From the NCBI RefSeq assembly GCF_030028105.1, contig NC_092383.1:98107604-98171603 (forward strand): a stretch of DNA of 64,000 nt. The letters run 5' to 3'. This stretch comes from Mobula birostris (Eukaryota). Position numbers and translations under genes: made by a program. The notes under the pieces were generated by a model. That model did not search any database. It was not told the DNA's origin and saw nothing but the letters and a program-made list of their open reading frames with translations. Numbering within the stretch: position 1 is the first letter of the stretch; each line of letters opens with the position of its first letter. Shown here one piece after another: positions 40,430 through 53,360 of this stretch.

Positions 40430-41190
40430 GAGCTTCACTCTGTCTAACCCGTGTCCTGGGAGTGTGTGGTGGGACAGTGTAGAGGGAGTTTCACTCTGTG
40501 TCTAACCCGTGCCCTTGGAGTGTGTGATGGGACAGTGTAGAGGGAGTTTCACTCTGTGTCTAACCCGTGTCCTGGGAGTGTGTGATGGGACAGTGTAGAG
40601 GGAGCTTCACTCTGTGTCTGACCCGTGTCCTGGGAGTGTGTGGTGGGACAGTGTAGAGGGAGTTTCACTCTGTGTCTGACCCGTGCCCTTGGAGTGTGTG
40701 ATGGGACAGTGTAGAGGGAGCTTCACTCTGTCTAACCTGTGTCCTGAGAGTGTGTGATGGGACAGGGTAGAGGGAGTTTTATTCTGTGTCTAACCTGTTC
40801 CCTGGGAGTGTGTGATGGGACAATGTAGTGGGAGCTTCACTCTGTGTCTGACCCATGCCCTGGGAGTGTGTGATGGGACAGTGTAGAGGGAGTTTCACTC
40901 TGTGTCTAACCCGTGTCCTGGGAGTGTGTGATGGGACAGTGCAGAGGGAGTTTCACTCTGTGTCTGACCCGTGTCCTGGGAGTGTGTGATGAGACAGGGT
41001 AGAGGGAGCTTCACTCTGTGTCTGACCCTGGGAGTGTGTGATGGGACAGTGTAGAGGGAGCTTCAATCTGTGTCTGACCCGTGCCCTGGGAGTGTGTGGT
41101 GGGACAGTGTAGAGGGAGCTTCACTCTGTGTCTGACCCGTGCCCTGAGAGTGTGTTGGAACAGTGTAGAGGGAGTTTCACTCTGTGTCTG
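40430..41190. repeat. 58-bp tandem repeat, about 13 copies
   Basis: gggacagtgtagagggag(c/t)ttcactctgtgtct(a/g)acccgtg(t/c)cctgggagtgtgtgat; period 58 (40471, 40529...). Confidence 0.92.
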
Positions 41191-41493
41191 GATTCTAGTT
41201 CACCTGGTGTTTCTGGACTATCCCCATAAAAGCTTGAACCACTTCCTAAATTAATCTGGTTTGTTTTTGCCACTTGGTGACTTCAGACACACATGAGATA
41301 TTTTTACAGATACCCTTTAACACAAGTGGTCTGAAAGCTTCTGGAGACAGGGTTCCCACTTTCTCACTGGTAATGGCTGTGAAGCTAATTCCCAGAGCAA
41401 ACAAACCTTCCAATCTATTAATAAATAACTATTAAATTTGCTAAGTGATTGTCTGCAAGCTGTGTTAAGTAAACAACTTAGCCAGTGTGGTCT

Positions 41494-41600
41494 GTTTCAA
41501 ATCATCATCATCATCATGTGCCTTGTCATATGACATGGGTGACCATGGTCTCACGATCAATAGTCTTGGCAATATTTTCCACGGAAGTGGTTTACCATTG
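41494..41600 (-). mobile_element. RTE-type 3' tail/SINE remnant
   Basis: (ATC)n tail joined to gtgccttgtcatatgac..aagtggtttaccattgctttcttctgggcag. Family assignment is from recall. Confidence 0.4.
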
Positions 41601-43557
41601 CTTTCTTCTGGGCAGTTTAACTTCCACAAAAACAACTGCTTGACCCTTAAAAGTGTCATCTGCTGTATTCAGGAAGCTTTCTTGGCAAAAACAAGGCCCT
41701 GTTTCCCAGGAACTGTGAATATCCATCACAAGGGAGACCCACCTTTTCCCAGCTACCTGCTTGCTCCAAAGATACTTTAGAGAATTACTCTGCAGTCTCA
41801 GTCTTACTGGCACCGATCAAGGAACATCTTCCAACTTCAACCAACCCCTTTGTTCTACCAGACCCTCCATGTTCCTCAATCGTGTCAGTCACTTCTGTTA
41901 TTGAGTCAAGTCACCTGCTTTGTTTTCTTCTAAGTCAAACCTTCAATAGTATTTGGCATCCAATGTGTCAGAAGGAAGACGGCAGAAGTTTAAGATGATA
42001 GGAAGAAGCTGTAAAGGTGGAATTGTTTTTTTGTTTCCACAAGGGTTGGTTGAGATCTGGAGCTTGTGGCTGGAGGAGGTATTCGAGGCCGAGACAGAAG
42101 CTGCACGGAAGTGACATTCTCCCTGCCTTGAAGGAAATGAAGGTCATCATCAGTTAAGTGTCAGTGTTGGTCCAGAACATACTGCATCCTTTCAGCCAAA
42201 GACACATTCCATCCTCACACTCCCAGTGACACAGAATTCAGCTTCCTCACGTTGTCTTTTGGTAACCCCTCTCCCTCAGCATCTTGTGTCACTGACTGTA
42301 GCCCCACAGTTGTTATTTCAGAGTGCTGAGCAGGTTCACTGGGTGCAAAATATCCTTAGATGGGTTAGATACTGAATGAAGTTCCTCAACGCTCTCTCCT
42401 TGCACAATCGCAGAACTTGGGTTAGACACTGAGAGTAGTTTCCTCTACATTGAGCCATTGTACACCCCTCTAAAATTCTCACCCTCTCTAAAGCCCAGTC
42501 CCTCAGTCTGACACTTACCAGAGTTTCACTCAGTAGCCGTCTGCAGGTCCTCCTGATGTTCAGAACTGTGATGTGTGCTCCTGACACTCTTACTGAGTTT
42601 GGGATGGACAGGTGAAAGATGAGTAAAGGAGATCCTTGCAGACACCACGATCCCCAACTCCCCTGTCACATCCCTAACTTTAAGTTGATCCCAGCTCATA
42701 TCCACCCACCAGTTTAACCCTTCCCTCACCCCTCAGTTCAGCCAGTTACTGCCGGAGAAAGTTCCATGTGTGCTGTGCCCTCTTCCCAACACTGACCATG
42801 CTCGTCTTCAAACACCCTATTGTATCCTTTTTATGCTCTAAATCCCAGGAATTCTTTCCAGTTCCACATCATTTGTCAGTGCTGTGAGTGTTTCCAGTCT
42901 CCCTTCTACACCTGAGTGTGTGTGGTATTCCAGAGTGGAACCCGGCGATGCATATCTTGAGTCACACCCTCACTTCCCCACAGAGACATTCACCGGTTCA
43001 CAGAACGCGGCTGTCGTCAGGAAGCTCATTCCAAACTGATGATGTGGCACATCCTGAAAGGGAAAACAGTGATTCAGAATGGAGAGTAAGTTACAGGGAC
43101 AGAGGAGGGATGTAGGTTGACATATTTACCCTCACTGAAAGCGGAGGCAGACACTATCAAGGCTGTCGACAGCATCTACTCACTAGAGTCATCTCCAGAC
43201 AAGTTAAGAGAAAGAAGTTTCATTTGGTATGAAACCTTTGTTGGACCATAGTGGAGCACCATGCACATTCCTGGTCTCCATATCCCTGGGTTAGGGCACA
43301 CTAGACAGAAACATTTCAGAGAAGAGGTGCTTGAATTTTCCAGTAACAGGAGTGGCCTGGGGAATTTTCCAGTAACAGGAATGGCCTGAAGGCCTGGAAC
43401 TTTGAGGCTTTGGCTCGAGAGGCTTCGACGAGAAGAGGCGGAGGACAAGCTTGCTCGCAGTTAGTCTTTACAATGCCTCCTGAGACGGTGATGTGCCTCT
43501 CATGTGAGATGTGGCAGCCTTGGGGGAACTCCCCTCTCCCGCAGAGTCACATCAGCA

Positions 43558-45675
43558 TACCATACCATAGAAACCATAGAAACTACAACACAGAAACAGG
43601 CCTTTTGGCCCTTCTTGGCTGTGCCAAACCATTTTCTGCCTAGTCCCACTGACCTGCACACGGACCGTATCCCTCCATACGCCTCCCATCCATGTATCTG
43701 TCCAATTTATTCTTAAATGTTAAAAAAGAACCCGCATTTACCACCTCATTTGGCAGCTCATTCCATTCTCCCACCACTCTCTGTGTGAAGAAGCCCCCCC
43801 TAATGTTCCCTTTAAACTTTTCCCCCCTCACCCTTAACCCATGTCCTCTGGTTTGCCATTTTTCAGCCCACTTTTCCAGCTGGTCCAAGTCCTTCTGCAG
43901 GCTCTCAAAACCTTCCTCACTGTCTACTACACCTCCAATCTTTGTATCATCAGCAAATTTGCTGATCCAATTTACCACATTATCATCCAGATCATTGATA
44001 TAGATGACAAATAACAATGGACCCAGCACTGATCCCTGTGCCACACCACTAGTCACAGGCCTCCACTCTGAGAAGCAATCCTCTACTACCACTCTTTGGC
44101 TTCTTCCATTGAGCCAATGCCTAATCCAATTTACCACCTCTCCATGTATACCTAGCGACAGAATTTTCCTAACTAACCTCCCATGCGGGACCTTGTCAAA
44201 GGCCTTACTGAAATCCATGTAGACAATATCCACTGCCTTCCCTTCATCCACTTTCCTGGTAACCTCCTCGAAAAACTCCAATAGGTTGGTCAAACATGAC
44301 CTACCACGCACAAAGCCATGTTGACTCTCCCTAATAAGCCCCTGTCTATCCAAATGCTTGTAGATTCTGTCTCTTAGTACTCCCTCCAATAACTTACCTA
44401 CTACCGACGTTAAACTCACCGGCCTATAATTTCCCGGATTACTTTTCGATCCTTTTTTAAACAATGGAATAACATGAGCCACTCTCCAATCCTCCGGCAC
44501 TTCACCCATAGACAGCAACATTTTAAATATTTCTGCCAGGGCCCCCACAATTTCAACACTAGTCTCCTTCAAGGACCGAGGGAACATTCTGTCAGGTCCC
44601 GGGGATTTAACCACTTTAATTTTCCTCAAGACAGCAAGCACCTCCTCCTTTTCAATTTGTACAGTTTCCATGATCTCACTACTTGATTCCCTCAATTCCA
44701 TAGACTTCATGCCAGTCTCCTTAGTAAATACAGACGCAAAAAACCTATTTAAGATCTCCCCCATTTCCTTTGGTTCTGCACATACCCGACCACTCTGATC
44801 TTCAAGAGGACCAATTTTGTCCCTTACAATCCTTTTGCTCTTAATATACTTGTAAAAGCTCTTTGGATTATCCTTCACTTTGACTGCCAAGGCAACCTCA
44901 TGTCTTCTTTTAGCCCCCCTGATTACTTTCTTAAGTATTTTCTTGCACTTCTTATACTCCTCAAGCACCTGATTTACTCCTTGTTTCCTATACATTTCAT
45001 ACAACTCCCTCTTCTTCTTTATCAGAGTTGCAATATCCCTTGAGAACCAAGGTTCCTTATTCCTATTCAATTTGGCTTTAATCCTGACAGGAACATACAA
45101 ACTCTGCACTCTCAAAATTTCCCCTTTGAAGGCTTCCCACCTACTAATCACATCTTTGCCAGAGAACAACCTGTCCCAATCCACGCTTTTTAGATCCTTT
45201 CTCATTTCTTCAAATTTGGCCTTCTTCCAGTTCAGAACCTCAACCTTAGGACCAGATCTATCCTTGTCCATGATCAAATTGAAAATAATGGTTTTACGAT
45301 CACTGGAACCAAAGCGCTCCCCTACACAGACTTCCGTCACTTGCCCTAACTCGTTTCCTAACAGGAGATCCAATATTGCATCCCCTCCAGTTGGTCCCTC
45401 TATATATTGATTTAGAAAACTTTCCTGAACACATTTTACAAACTCTAAACCATCTAGACTCCTAACAATATGGGAGTCCCAATCAATGTATGGAAAATTA
45501 AAATCCCCTACCACCACAACTTTATGTTTCCTGCCGTTGCCTGCTATCTCTCTGCAGATTTGCTCTTCCAAGTCTTGTTGACTATTAGGTGGTTTGTAAT
45601 ACAATCCCACTAATGTGGCCATACCTTTCCTGTTTCTTAGCTCCACCCATAAGGACTCAGTAGACAAGCCCTCTT
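43558..45675 (-). mobile_element. 5'-truncated CR1 with a 675-codon open ORF2 and an internal deletion of the RT C-terminal region
   Basis: ORF 43640-45667: GDFN, SDR, PGPD, QHGF..SCLTNL, FADD, then a jump KWQ|TRGHG. Tail (TTTCTATGG)n. Confidence 0.92.
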
Positions 45676-46987
45676 AGAGATAGGATCTATAGGCATTTAG
45701 AGAATCATGGTCTGATCAGGGACAGTCAGCATGGCTTTGTGAAGGGCAGATCATGATTAACAAGCCTGAGAGAGTTCTTTGAGGAGATGACCAGGCATAT
45801 AGATAAGGGTAGTGCAGTGGATGTGATCTATATGGATTTTAGGAAGGCATTTGACAAAGTTCCACATGGTAGACTTATTCAGAAAGTCAGAAGGCATGGG
45901 ATCCAGGGAAGTTTGGCCAGGTGGATTCAGAATTGGCTTGCCTGCAGAAGGCAGAGGGTCATGGTGGAGGGAGTACATTCAGATTGGAGGATTGTGACTA
46001 GTGGTGTCCCACAAAGATCTGTTCTGGGACCTCTACTTTTCATGATGTTTAGTAACGACCTGGATGTAGGGGTAGAAGGGTGTGTTGGCAAGTTTGCAGA
46101 TGACATAAAGGTTGGTGGTGTTGTAGATAGTGTAGAGGATAGTCGAAGATTGCAGAGAGACATTGATAGGATGCAGAAGTGGGCTGAGAAGTGGCAGATG
46201 GAGTTCAACCCAGAGAAGTGTGAGATGGTACACTTTGGAAGGACAAATTCCAAGGCAGGGTACAAAGTAAATGGCAGGATACTTGGTAGTGTGGAGGAGC
46301 AGAGGGATCTGGGGGTACCAGTCCACAGATCCCTGAAAGTTGCCTCACAGGTGGATAGGGTAGTTAAGAAAGTTTATGGTGTGTTAGCTTTCATAAGTCG
46401 AGGGATAGAGTTTAGGAGTCGTGATGTAATGATGCAGCTCTATAAAACTCTGGTTAGGCCACACTTGGAGTACTGTGTCCAGTTCTGGTCACCTCACTAT
46501 AGGAAGGATGTGGAAGCATTGGAAAGGGTACAGAGGAGATTTACCAGGATGCTGCCTGGTTTAGAGAGTATGCATTATGATCAGAGATTAAGGGAGCTAG
46601 GGCTTTACTCTTTGGAGAGAAGGAGGATGAGAGGAGACATGATAGAGGTGTACAAGATACTAGGAGGAATAGATAGAGTGGATAGCCAGCACCTCTTTCC
46701 CAGTGCACCACTGCTCAATACAAGAGGACATGGCTTAAAGGTAAGGGGTGGGAAGTTCAAGGGGGATATTAGAGGAAGGTTTTTTTACTCAGAGAGTGGT
46801 TGGTGTGTGGAAAGCACTGCCTGAGTCAGTAGTGGAGGCAGATACACTAGTGAAGTTTAAGAGACTACTAGACAGGTATATGGAGGAATTTACGGTGGGG
46901 GCTTATATGGGAGGCAGGGTTTGAGGGTCGGCACAACATTGTGGGCCAAAGGGCCTGTACTGTGCTGTACTTTTCTTTGTTCTATGA
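45676..46987 (+). mobile_element. 5'-truncated CR1 (different subfamily) abutting the previous one head-to-head
   Basis: ORF 45787-46824 with DFRKAFDKVPH, FADD and RPHLEYC; tail ctttgttctatg. Confidence 0.92.
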
Positions 46988-47099
46988 TCACCGGCATATC
47001 ACACCTCAACAAAAGAAATCGAAGGTTTTGAAAAATAAAGACAACAAGGAACCTGAGACTAAACAGGCAAGGAATTAAAACAGACTATATGACTTAAAC

Positions 47100-47580
47100 G
47101 TTCATAGTTCAAAATAAATTTATCAGCAAAGTACATATATGCCACCATAGTAACCCTGAAATTCATTGTCCTGTAGCCATACTCAATAAATCTATAGAAC
47201 AATAACCACAACAGAATAAATGAAAGATTGCCCAACTAGAACTTTTAACCAGAGTACAGAAGACAACAAACTGTGCAAATACAAAATAAATAAATAAATA
47301 ATAATAACAATAAATAAGCAGTATATTGGGAGAATATGAGACGAAAAGTCCTTGGAGGTGAGTCGATTGGTTGTGGGGTCATTTTAATGATGGGGCGAGT
47401 GAAGTTGTCCCCTTTGGTTCAGGAGCCTGATGGTTGAGGGGTAATAACTGTTCCTGAACCTGGTGGTGTGGGTCCTGAGGCTGCTGTACCTTCTTCCTGA
47501 TGGCAGCAGTGAGAAGAGAGCCTGGCCTTGGTGGCGGGGATCCCTGATGATAGATGCTGCTTTCCTGTGACAAGTAGATG
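47100..47580 (-). mobile_element. Rex1/L2-type LINE 3' end
   Basis: Minus ORF ..ASIIRDPRHQGQALFSLLPSGRRYSSLRTHTTRFRNSYYPSTIRLLN, the typical C-terminus. Confidence 0.8.
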
Positions 47581-47999
47581 TGCTCAATGGTGAGAATATA
47601 AAAAGAAAAAATAAACAATGAGGACAAATAAGGGTCTCCTACGGTCTGAGAATACAGGACGTGGAGTGGAGAAATCCCTCTGTTGAGGAATTGAACGATC
47701 GCTTTGCACCCATTGTCATCGAAAAATGTATTAAAATTTGCCAGAAATTTCAGAGAACCATGGGTCAAACAGAAACGAGGAACTGGTGGAAATAAATATG
47801 ATTAATCAACAATTTTACTGCAGAAGTTGATCTGACATTGCCAATAAATCCCAAGGACCTGATGAAGTACTCTCCAGCATTTCGGAACAGTTAGAGCCTG
47901 CTCGAGCTATCAATCACTATCTATTACTATCAATTACCCACTGTCTAAGTTTGGCTCTTGCAGATTAGAGGGGAGCCAAGTGTGATCCAACTATTTAGT

Positions 48000-48450
48000 T
48001 TGAAAGGGAGAGAAACAGAGATGGGGAGAGAGGGGCAGAGTGCAAGTGAAGAGAAAGGGGGAGAGAGAGAGGGGAGAGAGAGGGGGGAGAGAGAGAGAGG
48101 GGGGAGAGAGGGGGGAGAGAGGGGGGGGAGAGAGAGGAGGAGAGAGTGGAAGGCGAAAAGGAGATAGGGCAGCAGAGGAGAGAGAGAGAAAGAGAGGACA
48201 GAGAGGGGGAAGAGAAAGAGAGAGGTAGAGGGAGAGAGAGAGAAAGGAAAGAGAAAGAGAGGATAAGGAAAAAGAGAGGGGGGAGCAAAGCAGAGATGTG
48301 GGAGCAGAGGAGAGACGGGGAGGAGGAGGAGAGACAGAGAAAGAGAGAGGAAGAGAGAGCGAGGGGGAGAAAGAGAGAGGGGGAGGAGAGAGAGAGAGAC
48401 AGACAGAAAGAGAGGAGGAGGGGATAGAGAGGGGGGAGTGGGAGGGAGAG
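48000..48450. repeat. Purine-rich (GA) low-complexity tract
   Basis: About 450 nt almost entirely G/A on the plus strand. Confidence 0.9.
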
Positions 48451-49369
48451 ACTCTTGACGTGCATACAGTTTGAGGATGAAAGAGATTTGTAGACTAATT
48501 TCTGACCTGTGGAAAAGGAAAAAGGCTGGGATGATTTTCCTGAGAAATTTCCATTTCTAAATATTAACTATAGTACATATTGTGTGAAAAGTGCAGAGAA
48601 TGGAATTGCCAGTTCCGTTCAGGAGAAGGGTTGTAATCTGGTTTGGAGGACGGAGGCAATTCTGGGCATTCGTTGGGAGTGAATCTGGGTAGGTCAGACG
48701 AGGATCTGTGCAGAGCGCTTTGGTGGTAGTGATCAGTAACTCAATCGAGGTAGTACAGAAATAGAATGGCTGAATGGCTGTTCTGAGAATAAAACAGATC
48801 TTAGAAGAGGAGATTCAAGGAACTTAGGGTAAATATAATCCCAAAAGAGACACAAATCTAGTCCTCTTGATTGATAGGGTAAATAGAAAACAGGGGAAGA
48901 CAATAAGAAAGGAACCACATGTCAAAGTACATTTATTATCAAAGTATGTACACAGAATACAAATCTGAGATTTGTCCCCCTGCAGGCAGCCAGGAAACAA
49001 AGAAACACCATGGAACCTGTTCAGGACAAGATCAAACACAAGTGTGGAAAAAGATAATGATTTTATGGGAGATAATTCAAACGGGGAATTAGGAATGATG
49101 AGGGGTCCAGACACAAAAGCAAACTCCTTGAGCAGTAGGGGCAAAAAGTCAGAGGAAATGAGGCAAGCGGTAGAAAGGAGAGAAGTTTGAGGGTCTGGAA
49201 CTCATTGCCTCACAGTGGGGGTGCGAGGGAGGGGGAGACTCTGTCCCCATTTAAAAGCCCTCAGGAATAGACTTGAATACTTTGATCTGCAGTGGTATGG
49301 GCCAGATAGCATATACAGAACGGGGCCAGTGGCCTCCTGTGTTGTAAAACAGCTGTGAATTTATGTTCC

Positions 49370-49630
49370 CTTTCCTCTCTCCTCCCACTTCATCCCTCTA
49401 TCCTCTCTCTATCCATGTTTCCTCTCTGTTCACCTCTCCCAAATCCACCCTTTCCTTGCTGTCTGCCCACCCTTCCACTCCACTATCTCCTTCCTCCCTT
49501 TCTATCCCTCTTCCTCTCTCTCATCTCTCATTCTCCCCTCTCTCTGCTCCTTTGCTCTCTCTCATCCACCCACAGCTCCTCAGCCCCCACCCTCATCTCT
49601 ATGTGTCCATCCCCATCCCCGCACTCTCTC
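49370..49630. repeat. Pyrimidine-rich (CT) low-complexity tract
   Basis: About 260 nt mostly C/T on the plus strand. Confidence 0.8.
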
Positions 49631-49994
49631 TGCCGATTGTGAAACTAGCTGATGGAAGTTAACAGTTGTTGCTACCACTGTGGGAGGTTTGTGTTTGCAA
49701 CAGCAGTTTGAAGACTGAACCCACTAGAACCACAAATTCCGCTAACCTATACTTAGCTCCGCTACCCTCAGCCATTTCCCAGCTCTGTCCAACCACAGAG
49801 ACGGAGCAGGCGAGGACTGCCCTGGGGTGTGTGTACTTTCCTCAAGTCTTTTGATCAGCTGAGAATGTGACTGGGGCTTCTGGAATGTCACTGTAACCCT
49901 GACAAGAGCAGAGCCACTCTGATTGAAAAGCAGTGTGTTGGGGGCCATCTATGTAAAACAGAGGTCACTGGTCACTGGTCTGGAACAATGGTTG

Positions 49995-50283
49995 CAGGAT
50001 CCATTGATTTTGAGTTACAGTGCAGAGTAGGCCTCTCTGGGCCTTCGAGCCACACTGCCCCAGCAACCCCTGACTGACCCTAACCCAATTACAGGGCAAT
50101 TTACAATGACCAATTAACCGTCTTTGGCCAGTGGGAGGAAACGGGAGGACTGGCAGGAAACCCATGTATTCCACGGGGAGGACATACAGAGAGTCCTTCC
50201 CGAACGGCACTGGAATTGAGCTCCGAGCTCTGGAATGGCCCGGGGTGTAATAATGTCGCACTGACCACTACACTACCATGGCC
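49995..50283 (-). mobile_element. tRNA-derived SINE of HE1/V-SINE type
   Basis: Minus head with A-box TAGTGTAGTGG and B-box-like GAGCTCAATTCC; V-core-like aattaacc..tctttgg..gtgggaggaaac..ggaaaccc; CR1-like tail. Confidence 0.7.
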
Positions 50284-51153
50284 ATGGTATAACAGTTAGC
50301 AACAGTGCATCACATTGATTCACAGTAACAGATCTGGGTCACGGATCATAGGGTTTCTTTACTTAGTCAGTGACAGGTCATAGGATTACTTCACTTGCCT
50401 GGGTGAGTGCAGCTTCAACAACCGTCCAGAAACATCTGCTCGACTGACTCCCCGTCCACCCTCCCTCCACACCAGTACACAGTGCCTGCATTGTGAACCG
50501 TATACAAAAAGTACTCAGTTACTAACGCAGACGAGTTTGACGGAGCCTCCCACCCTGTAGTGTATCTGACATATTCCACACAAATGCAACAGTACACAGT
50601 CATGAACTGACCTAGAATTTGCTGGCCCGGTCCTGCTATGTGCGATGAAGGAGCTTCTCTCCGTGCCAGACCTGTGCCTTCCAAAGGAAGTTTGGTGGAT
50701 GATTATATCACCTATTTTACATGACATTACAACGTTATCCTTAATTCATGCAGATTACAATCAAACAAACTTCAAAGTGAAACGTGGCCATCCTCAGCCT
50801 CGATGCACTCAGGGCCCTGTGGAGCTCACTGATCCCAGAATTCCTCTGAGACAGCAGTGGACACTGTGTGTTTACTCTCCAGGGAGAGCCAAAGATGGAC
50901 ACAATCCTGGAAAAGGAGCAGGCAGTCAGCTTTAACCCTGGATCCCTCAACTACCCACCGCCTGGATCTGAGAGTGCCCACAGAATTGTAATTGGATTAT
51001 TATTTTCATTTGTACTGAGGTACAGTGGAAAGCTGGTGGTGCACACTGTTCAGACAGATGAATTCGTTACACGCTGCACTGAGGTAGAACAAGCTAAAAA
51101 CAATAACAATGCAGAATAAAGAGTAACAGCTTCATAGACAGTAGGATGTCAAG

Positions 51154-51233
51154 CAGGGGATCCCAACCTTCTTCATGCCATGGACCAATACCATTACGGA
51201 AGGGGTCCATGGACCCTGGGTTGGGAACCCCTG
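51154..51233. mobile_element. 80-bp hAT/Charlie-like MITE
   Basis: TIRs CAGGGGATCCCAACC / GGTTGGGAACCCCTG, flanked by near-duplicate 8-mers ATGTCAAG and ATGTCGAC. Confidence 0.7.
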
Positions 51234-51699
51234 ATGTCGACAGAACATAGGCAAGTGGTACATGGATCTGGTTCAGGTCAAATATCCCATTTCAGAAGGT
51301 GTTCCACTGGCGGACAGTGTTAGTTCTGATGGTCACATGTCCAGTAAGAATCATTAATGGGATTTGGAGGATCACCAGTCAATAAACGAATTTCACATAT
51401 CATTACCCAAGCCTCATCCCATCTCTTTGTGCTTACAGTAGGGGACTTCACCCGAATCCTCATGAAGCAGCTTCCGAGATGGGGGTTTATGCAGGAAGGT
51501 TGATTACATCTTTCAAAACAGTTGATTGGCGGGTGTCATTCCTATGGGCAGTGCCGTTGCATGCTCCCTTCACAGCTCCAGTCTCATTATCAAAGTATCA
51601 AACTCTCTTTGGTTCAGGGCTATAGGCTGCACTAGCAGACCAGCTTCCCCTGTAGCACATCCAACAACCCATCAGATTAGTTTGTACGTGACACATATT

Positions 51700-52060
51700 A
51701 GTCATAGTCATAGTCATACTTTATTGATCTTGAGGGAAATTTGTTTTCGTTACAGTCGCACCAACCAAGAACAGAGTATAAATATAGCCATATAAAACCA
51801 TAAATAATTAAATAATAATATGTAAATTATGCCAGGAAATAAATCCAGGTCCAGTCTATTGGCTCAGGGTGTCTGACCCTCCAGGGGAGGAGTTGTAAAG
51901 TTTGATGGCCACAGGCAGGAATGACTTCCTATGGCGCTCAGTGTTGCATCTCGGTGGAATGAGTCTCTGGCTGAATGTACTCCTGTGCCCAACCAGTACA
52001 TTGTGTAGTGGATGGGAGACACTGACCAAGATGGCATGCAACTTGGACAGCATCCAAGTA
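51700..52060 (-). mobile_element. Rex1/L2-type LINE 3' end
   Basis: Minus ORF ..SHPLHNVLV..FSQRLIPPRCNTERHRKSFLPVAIKLYN; (TAGTCA)n tail. Confidence 0.75.
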
Positions 52061-52149
52061 ACTAAGATAAGATGTTAGGAGTGTCAGTGTCGTTCTGTAA
52101 TTGAAACTTGTCCAAGTATGCCCCAAGGTATTGTGGGAGGCCAGGGAAG

Positions 52150-52720
52150 TGAGGGCCTTTGGAATGATATTGGTGCTGTCATTAGCAGAGATGAGGATCT
52201 GAAATACTGGAGGGAGGCTAATTTTGTGCTTTTTTCTCAAAAAGACTGCAGGGACGCACTTGGGAACTGCTAAGTCAGATGGCAGTGCAGGGAATGAAAC
52301 TGGAAGGGATTGTTAGACTTGTGCAAGGTGAGGACTGATTAGGTGTGGTCAGCATGGCTTTGTGCCCGAGAAACCATGGCTCATAATTCTGATTGAAGTT
52401 TTTGAAGATGTCACCAGATGATTAACGAGGCTATTGAGATAGATGTTGTCTGCATGGACCTTAGCAATTGATGGCAAAGTGGACAGTGAAAACAATTATT
52501 GAGCTTGATCAGCTGGGGAAGTGGGCTGAAGGATCACGGATGGAGGTTAGTTTAGGTAAGTATGAAGTATTGCTTATTGGTAAGTCACACAGAGGCAGGA
52601 CATACACATCAAATGGTCGGCTCTGGAGTGTGTTATGGAACTGAGCGAGCAAGGGACACAGGTCCATAGTTCCCATAATTCCCTGAAAGTGACAACACAG
52701 GTAGACAGGATGATGAACAT
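52150..52720 (+). mobile_element. Highly degraded CR1 RT fragments
   Basis: cagcatggctttgtg, tagatgttgtctgcatggaccttagcaa, gatcagctggggaagtgggctga. Confidence 0.6.
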
Positions 52721-53011
52721 TGAATCAGATGGAAATTGAGATTTATTTGTTATTAATCGCGTTTATTGAAACATGCAGTGAAATGCATCATTTAGATTAA
52801 CAACCAACACAACGTGAGGATGTGCTGAGGGCAGCCCGCAAGTGTCGCCACAAGTTCTGGCGACAATATTGCATGCCCATAATGTCTTGTAGAACAACAT
52901 GTAACCAACATAGAACTGGGAAAAACAGCAAAAAAAAACCCTTTCCCAACCCCCACTCCCACACACAGACAGGTTTCCCTCCCCAGGGCAGACCACCTCG
53001 TGGCCTCCGAC

Positions 53012-53360
53012 AGCCAGACTGTGTTCCCAGACTCTCAGACATGGGAATTATGACGTCCAGACTGTGTCCCCAGACTCTCAGACATGGGAATTATGACGTC
53101 CAGACTGTGTCCCCAGACTCTCAGACATGGGAATTCTGACCTCCAGACTGTCCCCAGACTCTCAGACATGGGAACTCTGACCTCCAGACTATGTCCCCAG
53201 TCTCTCAGACATGGAAACTCTGATCTCCAGACTGTGTGCCCAGACTCTCAGACATGGGAATTCTGACCTCCAGACTGTGTCCCCAGACTCTCAGACATAG
53301 GAATTCTGACCTCCAGACTGTATCCCCAGATTCTCAGACATGGAAACTCTGATCTCTGGG
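53012..53360. repeat. 43-bp tandem repeat, about 8 copies
   Basis: cagactgtgtccccagactctcagacatgggaatt(a/c)tgac(g/c)tc at 53015, 53058, 53101... Confidence 0.92.

Noticed and set aside
40430-41190. CRISPR-like appearance of regular repeats (also 53012-53360)
   Set aside because: Head-to-tail units with no unique spacers, in vertebrate DNA with no cas genes.
42920-43200. Possible leader (MLSTALIVSASAFSE|gt) and acceptor at about 43062 suggesting a third gene
   Set aside because: The downstream frame stops after about 18 codons and no Ig motifs were found.
47958-48465. E/R/G-rich and S/L/P-rich ORFs
   Set aside because: Translations of the GA low-complexity tract.
50415-50684. Minus ORF containing TVYCCI, an ITSM-like hexamer
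   Set aside because: No convincing splice sites or TM context, and it lies downstream of the gene 2 stop; likely chance.
50838-50914. Exon-like segment with AG/GT borders on the minus strand
   Set aside because: Stop codon in phase 1, no recognisable motif in the other frames, and no partner exons.
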